From the NCBI GenBank assembly GCA_965178125.1, contig OZ237765.1, positions 62,001-126,000 of the forward strand: a stretch of 64,000 bases of DNA, read 5' to 3'. Every line of letters begins with the position of its first letter. Positions within the stretch are counted from its first letter, which is position 1. The notes beneath the pieces are model-generated. The model was not told where the DNA came from and made no database searches. It saw nothing but the letters and a program-made list of their open reading frames with translations. Positions 52,148-62,100 of this stretch are shown piece by piece. Made by a program: the position numbers and the translations under genes. This stretch comes from Bilabrum cf. latius (lineage: Eukaryota).

Positions 52148-52390
52148 TCGGGTGATTAACGTAACGCAGACAGGTAGCCCATGTGGCCCGCTGTACATGG
52201 AGACCTGGCGGTCTGGCTGCTTGTACGTGTATATATGCATGCATGCCGGATTATATATTCCATGCGTTTGCGTGTTCCGGTTGGGGGCAACCGCACCCAC
52301 ACCTCCACCAATTCGGCCTGTGTCGAGCGGAGAGTGAGAGGGGGGTGCACGTGGCCCACGCCCTGGCGTGCAAGGGCTCACACTCCTACC

Positions 52391-54133
52391 TCACGTGTCC
52401 CCTTGCTGTTCCCGTTGCGCTTCGTTGCCACCCCCTTTTCCCTTCGTTGCCTAATCCTCGCCATTTTTTCTCTTCCTCTTGCTCGACTCGGGGGCCACAA
52501 CCACGAGGTCCACCTCCCCGTACCCTGCCTCCTCCCGGTGCTCCCTCCACAACGACTGCAGGGCACGCTCGTACCGACCCCGCACCGCCTCCACCTCCTC
52601 CCCCGTGGGCCGCCGGGCCAGCGCCGGCCCAGTCCGCAGCGGTTTCCCTACGAGGATTGTCACGGGGCTTGGGAACGGCACCAGCGAGAACCACTGCCCC
52701 CGCAGTAGCGGCACCCCCATCCCCGTCAGCGCCCTGAGTGCGGAGGAGAGGGGGGCCAGCGCGCGGCTGACCTTGTACCCCCGGCGCTCCCCGAACACCA
52801 AGACCGGAACTAGGTCGCACCCGTACTCGAGGGCGATCCGGATGAACCCGGGCCTCTTCCTCAGCACGATCTTCTCCTCCGTTTTGCTGCAAACCATCAG
52901 CTGTTCCCTGATCCCCCCGGGAAGGAGAAGCAGGTCAAACCCGGCCTCGATCGTGGCCCGCACCGTGGGTTCCCCCGCATCCACGCACCCAAAGCCCAGG
53001 TAGAAGTCCCTCAGGAAAGGGGCCCAGAACACCGCGCTGGCCACCCCCACCCTCAGCCTCCTCACCAGCCAGGGGAACGTGCTCAGCTGCGGGAAGAACA
53101 AAGAGGCGCCCAGGGGGATGGGTCCGTGCGGGTGCATCCCGAACACGAACTGGCGCCGCGCGCCCCCGCGGAACCTCGCCAGGTTGTAGGGGTCCCCCCT
53201 CCCCTCCACCTCCAGGGGGTCCTCGGCCCCGGCGTCGCTAGGGCGGCGGGAGCCAGCGGAGCCCGAGGGTGGATCTGCAGCGGAGCTGAGCAGCGGTGGC
53301 AGGCCGGGAGAGGGCGGGGTGGAGCGGCGGGGGCTGGAGGACGGTGACGACCCTGCCGGCGGCGTGCTCGCACTGCTGCCATGTTCGGTGGCTCGCCCAT
53401 TGCTCCCGGACCGAGTCCGGCTCCTTCTCGATCCAGAGTTGGAGCTACCGCTTGCGATGCCCTAGGCATTTCGCTTGCCCTTGGATTGCTTGCCGCTCGT
53501 CTTGTCACTGGTGGCGTCCTCGTCCTGGTCTTCGCTCTGCATCAAATCTGAACCTACTCGCTTGCGCCGTCGGAGGGACGGGCCCTCTCCGCGCGTCTCG
53601 TGCAAGCTATACGGCTTGTCCATATCGTCGCCCACTGTGAAGATTTCATCGCTACCCTGTCGTGGGAAGCCGTCTTGTGCCGGCTTTACGCAACTGTTCG
53701 TGCCAGTCTCGCCGCCACCAGAGCTCGACTGCATCGGCCCGTCGAATGCCTGCAGGTGCCCTCTGTTGGGGCCTGTAGACACGTACCTCTTGCCGTCCCA
53801 TACTTTGAACGTGACTGGGAAGAAATCGTGAGCGGGTTTCCACATGGATATGAACCAAAACCTCTGCCTCGAAGCCGGCTTGAACTCGTCCCCGTTGTAG
53901 GACAGAATCATGTAGGCAACAGCGGCGGCAGCGCACGCAATCATCGCGTTGCGGCCCCATTGGATCGCTACGTACAGAATCACAACCGGCAGAAGCGGCA
54001 AAACGAAAGTGTGAGCTACGAGCACGCCTGTCGTGGCGTCCTTGAAGGGAATACGATCCATCCCCTCGAGGATCCAGCCCCATAGATGACTGTAGTGCTT
54101 GTGGGATTGCTTTGGTGACTCAGTGCTCGGCAT
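52391..54133 (-). CDS. DGAT2/MOGAT family acyltransferase
   Basis: N-terminal TM segments and an FFP motif, a long insertion, then FVFGMHPHG, PGGIREQ, RPGFIRIAL...LVPVLVFGE and VGKPL. TAGs at 53462 and 52451; stop TGA at 52391. Confidence 0.85.
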
Positions 54134-54412
54134 GGCCGGCAGAAAATGCGTCGATCAAGCATTGCCAACCGTTTCGAGTTCCGGAATGGGTGACGAGCGA
54201 GGGCTAGTAGTTGGATGCAGGCTGACTGGCTGTTGCAGGGTGGAAGGCGCGGTGCACATGCTGGAAAAGAATAATACATGGCGTTTGCAGCGTGGGCCTT
54301 AGCAAAATGTCCGAATTCAAGGGCCCCCCACCGCTCGCGGCCTCCGATCCACGGCTCGCCGCTAGCACAGCTTCGCGCCTGCCATCGCTGCCCTGGCCCG
54401 CCCTTTCACTCG

Positions 54413-55894
54413 TCACATAATGATCTTGCCCACCTCAAAGCAGTCCGCCTTGATGCCCTTGTGCGGGAGGACGATCGTCCCCTCCAGCGCCACCTCGGTT
54501 GCAACCGCCACGTCCTCCCCCAGCACACTCTTGCCCGCCACCCGGGCCCACGCCCCCACCTTGGAGTCCCACCCCACGATCGAGTCCTTCACCACCGCGC
54601 ACGCCCCCACGTGCACGCCCCCTAGGAGTGTCGCCCCCGACACCCGCGCCCCTTTGCCCACCACGCAGTCGGGGCCCACCACGACATCGGGCCCGACCTT
54701 GCAACCTTCCTCCAGAGCCGCGGAGGGATGCACCAGGACGTTCCCCACGATCCTCGGGTCCGCCCCCCCGTCCGCGAGGGCCGCTGGCGAACGTTCCTTG
54801 AGGCTCGCCAGGTGCATCCCGACACCGGCGAGGTAGTCCTTGGGCTAACCGATGTCCATCCAGTACCCCTTGAGCGCCATCGAGTATAGCTCCCCGTCGG
54901 CCGCCATGGCGGGGAAGACCTCCTTCTCGATTGAAGTGGGTCTGGATGGGATGCGGTCCAGCATGGAGGGAGAGAACAAATACAGGCCCGCGTTGATCTC
55001 GTCCCCGACGAACTCCTTGGGCTTCTCCACGAACCTGTCGATCTTGCCCTCCGCGTCGTGCACGACCACACCGTACTTGGACGGGTCCTTGACCTTGGTC
55101 ACGCAGATGGTCCCCTGCTTGCCGTGGGCCTTGTGGAAAGCGAGCATCTCCTCCAGGGGATAGTCGCAGGTCACGTCCGAGTTGAAGACGAAGAAGGGGG
55201 CGTCAGGCTCCCCCTCCGCGACCAGGTGGGCCCGTGCCAGCGCCAGGGGCCCGCCCGTGCCCATGGGCACCTCCTCTTCGGAGAGCGTGACCTTCACCTT
55301 GCACTGCGAAGGAAAGGAGAAGATACGGTGATAGAGTAAGAGACGTAAGTGAATACAATAGAAGTAATTATCATCTGGGGAGGCTATTGCGTGGCGTGCA
55401 AGCTGCCAATCAGCGATACAAGCGAGCACCGAGCAGCCGCCCCTCGAGTCGCACAAGAAACTCCCTCGCGGAAACCGGCGATACGTATCGCCGGAAACTA
55501 CGAGTAGCAGAGCCTGACAAGCGCGTCATGAAATGATGTAGCTATACTGCAGGCTATATGCATATCATAGAGGCCAACACGTCCTGCTCCGGGCAGATAA
55601 TCCGCCAAGATGCGCTTGCGCGTTGCATCAGTCAGTTGCCAGAACACGCGGGAAACGGCAACTACTACACGCAAGCGATCTCACAGTTTCCTCAATCTCC
55701 TTCAAAACAGCTACCATTGCGTCGGGCTTGAAGCCGACGGCAAGCACAACCTCGTCAACGCCAACTGCAGCAAGTGCCTCGATTTGGTGCATCACAATCG
55801 GCTTGTTGCAGAACTCTACGAGTGGCTTTGGCTTCGTGAAGGTCAGTGGTCGCAACCTTGTACCAAAACCACCAACAAGAATGAGTGCTTTCAT
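54413..55894 (-). CDS. GMPPB: Mannose-1-phosphate guanylyltransferase (GDP-mannose pyrophosphorylase); intron 55304-55684
   Basis: [69 protein letters not shown], hexapeptide repeats and a VLPHK...IIM terminus. GTGAGA...TCGCAG intron; stop TGA. Confidence 0.95.
55475..55494. repeat. Perfect 20-bp palindrome in the GMPPB intron
   Basis: CCGGCGATACGTATCGCCGG equals its own reverse complement. Confidence 0.9.
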
Positions 55895-56065
55895 CGCTAA
55901 TGAGTCTTTGACGGCTGCACTTGTGGGCTGAAACGCTTGGCCGGCTCGCGCGGGCTGGCACTCATCACAGCATTTCAGAAAGCAGATTTCCACCGTGGGA
56001 CGGCCACAAACCTGAGGTGCTACGGGCAATATGTGCCGTCGATAAATTTGTGTGAGTGTGCCAGC

Positions 56066-58765
56066 ATGAGGCCATGGGCGCGAATCGTATCGCCTCGAGA
56101 CCGTGGCAAGAATCCGTATCCATCGGCTCTGAAGAGCTCTGGGGGGTAGCAATTGGATGGCGAGGCCGCCCCAAGCACTGCAATATGCTGTGTTAAATAC
56201 ACCACTGCTTCGGACCGTACGGGTGGTTTGCAATCGGGAACAGACGACTCTGTCACTCTGTCAGTGGCTGTCGGGGATGAAGATGGCTACATTTGGGCGT
56301 GCCAGCCGGCGAGCCGGTCCCATGCACTGGAACCGTTCCGCGCGCACATGGCACCTGTATGTGGCGTTGAATAGCTGGACTCGGAGCAGCTGCCGTGCGC
56401 TGCGGGCAGCTTTGTGCTCGCCTCGAGCGGCAGAGATGGCGAATGCTCGGTTTGGCGCTGCCAGGCACTTGCCCTGGGGCAGCTGCCGGAGGGACGGCCG
56501 CAGGTGCAGCAGATCGTGCGGGTTCGTAGTGCTATTGGCTCCTTCTGCGCCGCTCGGTTCCTTGCCTGGCCGGCCCCGATTCATCCCGCGAGTGTGACAG
56601 AGAAAAGTGCCCAGGCTCGGGCTCGGGTGCTCGTGGCGGCACCGGGGTGCGGGGAGGGCGGTGCCTTCCTGTGCCTGTGCGAGGAGGAAAGCGAGCAGCA
56701 GGCAATGGGTGGCAGTACAGGTGTGACGAGTGAGAGCAAGTCCCAGGGAGACGGGGAAGGGGCTAGGGGATCAGATCCCTGGGCCCAAGGGGCCAGTTGG
56801 TCGCAAGCATGGGGCTGCTTGCTGGGCCCACCGGAGGCACCCCCGGGGGATATCGCTGCGGAGGCACTAGGCATGGACCGTTTGAAGAAGAAGAACAAGA
56901 AGAAGAACCGAAAAAAGAAAAAGCAACAGGCGGGACTGATGCATCTGCAGGGGCTCGAGCCTGCACCCGGCAGCGAAGAGGAGGATGAGGAGGACGACGA
57001 ATAGGACCCGGACGACGCGGGCGGCTCCCCGTCCTCGTCAATGCCCGGGGAAGCGATGCTGATGCACATCGACCTGGTTCCGCAGTTGCGCGGCGCCCTC
57101 ATGATAAGGTCCTACGATGGTGGGGTGGTCTCTTGCGACACGATTGCGATCCCCGGCGTCTCAGGTGCATCGCAGGGTGGCGCAGGCACGTCCTCCGACT
57201 TCCGTGCGCCCGAGATGGGCAGGAAGACGGTGTCGGCGCGCGCCGCCAGGTGTTCCGTGTTGTGCACTGCCACCGCCCCTGCGAGGATGCTGGGTGCACC
57301 GCACGGTGGTGGGACGCGGCCGTTCTTGGTGGCCTGCGGGACGTCCTCCCGGGTGCTCTCCTTTTTGGTGCTTAGGATGAAGGCGGGGAGAGGCATCCAG
57401 GGTGCAGGGGCTGGGACAGGTGGGATCGAGGGTGGCCCGGGGTTGTTGAGGACAGCGAAAAAGACTGCATCGGGGGGCACGAGACCCCTTGTTGTGGAGT
57501 TGGGTGTGGATGGAGGTGTGGATGGAGGTGGAGGCGTCCATCGGGAGAGTGCCAGTTCCAGTGCCCCGGCCCCGGCCCCGACCTCTGCAGCTGGATTCGG
57601 CAGCAGCAGCAGCATAGGCAGTCAGTCCGGGCCCCTCGTTCCCGAGAGCATGTGCCTCGGTCTCGCGCTGCAGCTGCCCACCAAGGGTATCGCTGAGGTG
57701 AAATGGATCCCGGAGACAGAGGGCGGCGATGCGATGGGGAGGAGGACGGGCAGCGCGGCTGGACACTCGTCAGGTGCGGGTGCAGGCGCTTGGGTTGAGG
57801 CTGGGGCTGTTTAGCACGATGATGTCGCGGGGCATGGCAGCAGCAGCGGTCCCCGCTCGCTGCTGGGCGTGGCCTGCTGGGATGGGACCCTGCGGCTGGT
57901 GCGTGCCTGTGTGACGAGTGCGAGCGACGAAGAGATGCAGGCGCGGCGGCGGGGAGTGTCCCTCCAAGGGGGGCTGCTTGAGGAGGGGGGTCTTCAGACC
58001 AAGGCCAAGGGCATGGGCAAGGGCAAGGGCAAGGTGAAGGGGTGGATGCCCGAGGCCCTGGGCCCCTGGGAAGTGAGGGCGAGTCAGGTGATGGTACTCG
58101 GGGCAGCGGCACCGCATGCTGGGCTCATGCTGGCAGGGGCTGCCGCTGCTGCCGCTGCTGTCGCTGCTGCCGCTGCTACCGCTGCTGGTGCTGCTGGTGC
58201 AGGGGACAGGCCCGGCCCCGGCTCTCGGTTGGCGCACGAGGATGGTGCGCCGGTGGGAAAACGATAGCTGGTGGATGGGGCAGAGGCGGAGGCAGTTGGA
58301 CCAGCCAAGGCCGATGGCATCGGGGCCAGCGCTATGATGAGTGTGAGAAAAACCGGAATCAGCGAGCAGCAGGTGTCCGCCCAGCCGGATGCCGGGCAGG
58401 GACAGCAGCAGGAGCAGGAGCAGGAGCAGGAGCTGGCCGTGCTGGCAGAGGAATTCGGAATCAAAAATCTGAACGCAGGAGGTCTTCTCCGCCTGTCCTC
58501 TGCCAGGCGGAGGGCGGCTGTGGCCGAGGCGGTGGGGCGGGGCACCAACCGGGCGGGGGGGCTGCTTGCTGCGGCCCCCAGCAGGGAGGCCCAGGCGGTG
58601 GGCTGGGACCCCGTCTCTGCCTCGGCGGGGCCCGTGCATGCCGGGGGTGCGACTGGGCTCGGCGTGACGATTTCCAGCGGTGTGATGAGTGGTGGGGGTG
58701 GCGGTGTCGTGCTCGCGGCGGGGGACAAGAGCGGCGCCGTGACGGCATGGCTCCCTCTGGGGTGA
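56066..58765 (+). CDS. WD40 protein, GNB1L/ASA1-like (about 900 aa with insertions)
   Basis: [52 protein letters not shown] and [13 protein letters not shown]. One frame with TAGs at 56147, 56372, 57002, 57812 and 58265; stop TGA. Confidence 0.7.
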
Positions 58766-59055
58766 GCGAGGTGTGATGAGTGGTGGGGGTGGCGGTGTCG
58801 TGCTTGCGGCGGGGGACAAGAGCGGCGCCGTGACGGCATGGCTCCCTCTGGGGTGAGCGAGGTGTGATGAGTGGTGGGGGTGGCGGTGTCGTGCTTGCGG
58901 CGGGGGACAAGAGCGGCGCCGTGACGGCATGGCTCCCTCTGGGGTGAGCGAGGTGTGATGAGTGGTGGGGGTGGCGGTGTCGTGCTTGCGGCGGGGGACA
59001 AGAGCGGCGCCGTGACGGCATGGCTCCCTCTGGGGTGAGCGAGGTGTGATGAGTG
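58679..59055 (+). repeat. Tandem repeat of four 91-bp units plus a partial unit, duplicating the 3' end and stop codon of the WD40 gene
   Basis: Units start at 58679, 58770, 58861, 58952 and 59043 (partial). They are near identical, with one C/T difference in unit 1. Confidence 0.95.
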
Positions 59056-59148
59056 CATCGGTCAGATCACAGGATGGATGAATCAAAGTAGACTATTGCA
59101 TCTAAAATCTCATGCCAATTGTGGCGCGTCTCATGTGACACAACCCGT

Positions 59149-62100
59149 TCAGAACCCGATCGTGGTGACACCAGCGCGGCTGCTCCTCCTCGAGTTCGCA
59201 GAGGAGGCGCTGACGGCGCTGTGCCTGGAGGCCTGCCCGCCATGATGGCGACCCGCCGCATGGTGACCCGCCGCATGCTGGTGGCGCCCCCGCTCCCCTC
59301 TGCGACCGCTGTGGCCCCCACCCTCAAGCCCAGCTCCAGCCCCAGCCCCAGCCCCAGCCCCGGACCCTCGAGGCCTCCTCGATTCCATGACCTGCTGCCG
59401 CCTCGACGGCTCCCTCCGTATCCTCAGCGACAGCACGTCAGATCGCCCCTCCCTCGCGCGGTGGTACAACGCCCGATCATCTTCATCTTCATTTTCGGGC
59501 CGAGCAGTCCCCAGAGCGGCAGGGGGCAGACTGCGGGCGCCGCCCGAGACAGACGATGAAGATGAAGAAGCGAACATGTGCGAGAAACTGCCCTATCTGA
59601 TGGGAAGTCCCGGCTGCTGCAGCCCTCCAGACACTGCACTGTGGTGCCCTGCCCCCCGAAGGTGCTGCTCCCCGCGCACCACAGCTGCGCCCCACTGGGA
59701 GCCTCCATCCTCCTCCTCCTCCTCCTCCTCCTCCTCGTCCTCGTCCTCGTCATCATCCCCGCTCCCCGACGAGTCCCCGTCATCAAGCGCGCCATCATCA
59801 TCAGATCTTGTCGTGCTACCCTAGTGCCCCCCACCCTATTCTTGTTCCCCATGCCCTCCACGAGACAGCTCCACCCGCCTCCTCTTACTGGCCCTGGGGC
59901 CGTCCTCCCCGCCCCCACTAGCCCCCGTCTAGTGGCTCTCCTGGGACGCCTCCGCGCCCCACTCGTCATCCTCTCCCGTGCTGGCTCCCACCGCATCCTC
60001 GTCCTCATCCTCATCCTCATCATCATCGTCCTCCTCCTCCTCCTCATCCGCTGACACCACCTCGCCCCTGGAGTTGACCTCCATGGCCTCACCGCGGCTC
60101 GACTCCGCCCCCATATCCGCAAAGCTAGCCAGCGAATGGGAGTGGGAGGCGCCTGCACCAGCGATGGAGCGCTGCCGCACGCCTCCACCAGCACCCTAGC
60201 TACCCCCCTGAGTCTTGTTCCCTGGGCCCATGGCCCGGTGCATGGCGCCCCTCACCCTCGCCCTGGTGGACGCGACCCCGCTCTCCAGCGAGTCCACCAG
60301 CTCCTGCCTCTCCCGCGCTCGGATGGCTCCTGCGGCCGCTTCCAGGGCGCGCTCCTCTGGGTCTGCAGACCCCGGGGAGACTACCCGTGTGACGAGCATG
60401 GGCCTGATCCTCACCCGCCTGCGCTTCCTGCCGTTGCGCAGGATCGACCGGGGTCCTCGCTGCTGCTGCTGCTGCTGCTGCTGCTCTCGCTTGTCAGCTC
60501 GCTGCGACAGTTCTGTGCCCGAGCCCCTGTCCACTCTCGTCCCAGTGCCTCGCACCTTCCCGTCCTAGTCAGCGTACTAGCCGTGTTCCCCAGGAGCACG
60601 ACCCGCGTGTTCCCCAGGAGCATGACCCGCCTGGACTGGCGCCGAGCTTGCACTCTCCACTGGCAGCCGACGGAAGGCTGCAGCAGGCTGATGACCAATA
60701 CCACGACCATGACCATGACCATGATCTTGCAGCGCATGCATGTGACCGTGAGTGCTGCCACCATCGTGCATTGCACCCCCCGCACTTCCGACCACACGTG
60801 CCTATACCTCGCTGTTCCTGGTTGGTACCCCAGACCTGCTAATCCCAATGCCCGCCTGCACTGCCAGCGCCTGCACCACCGGGTCTGGCAGCCTCACCAG
60901 CTGCAGGCCGCCGCCCCATGCCGGGAGCCAGGCCCACTGCGGGAGCGTGCTGGGAGCGGTAGCAACGCGAGTGGTTGCAGCTGCATACACTGATGCTGCT
61001 GACGCCGATGATGACGAAGCAAGGGCAGCTTGCACACTTCCGGCACCTGCATTGGCCTGTGGTGAGAGCGCCGGTACGCGCAACGCCGCAGAGGCAAGAT
61101 GAGTGTCAGGGTGCAGCCCACGGCGGTGCAACACACCCGCTGCAGTAGGAAGTGCATCCCGTGCTTCCCTGGCCCTTGCCCTGCTGGCCTGCAGCGCCGC
61201 TCTCACGCTCGCTGGGCTGTGGGGATCCCCCTCTGTCCCCCACCGGCGCAGCGGGAGCCCCTCCCCACGGTGGGCCACCCGTTGTTCCCTGGGACTGCGC
61301 AGTCCCCTGGATCTCGGCTGTTCACCGGGGCTCCGGGGCCCCCTCCTTGAGCTGGCTCTGCTCCACGGGGATCTAGGAGGAGAGGGGAGCGTGGGCTGCT
61401 CCTCGGGTGCTGTGGCTGCCAGCCCGTCGGCTGACCCCTGCGAGTGTCCGTCCATGGTGCCGCGGGCTGAGCGGCTGTCTGCGTCATCCCCGGCCAGGTT
61501 ACTTGAGAGGCCATGCTCTCGATCGGGCGTGACGAGACGCTGTTCCCTGGCCCGGCCTAGTGCAGCGGCACCTCCTGCAGCACTGGGGCTGGGGCTGGTC
61601 CTGGTGCTGCTGCTACGACTCGCGGTGGCGCTTTCTGCTGCGTGAATGCTGCTGCTGTCAGATCTACCAGCTGCAGTGGCCTCAACTGGACTGGTGGCAG
61701 TTGCTGCGCTGCTCGAAACCGCCCTGGCTGGCAACGTCTGGCTCTTGGGCTGGTGATCCGTTGGCGAGGCACCGCCACTCCCTTCTGCACCCGTGCCTGC
61801 TACACCACTGGCAGCACCCTCACTGTTAGCGTAAGCGTGATCGTCGCGCTTTGGCTCGCTAGCCTGCTGCTGCCTTGCAGTGGCAGTGCGTTGATCAGCG
61901 CGCCCGGGCGAGACCTCCTCCCCAGATGCGGCAAAAGCCTCGGCTGCTTCTGAAAGCGGACAAGAATCAGCTGCTGCCTCGATCGGTTTACCGGCCTTCA
62001 TATCTGCTTCAGCTGCCTCGCCGCTGGCATCAAGAGGGACGCGGAGCTCGCCATCATCCCCCTATTCGTCGTGGCCATCGTCGCGCATGGACACTTGCTC

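Noticed and set aside
22080-54870. TAGs are 3' splice sites of small introns
   Set aside because: Conserved motifs are contiguous across the TAG with exactly one residue missing and no upstream donor. The introns I could resolve are GTGAG...CAG and 89-381 nt long.
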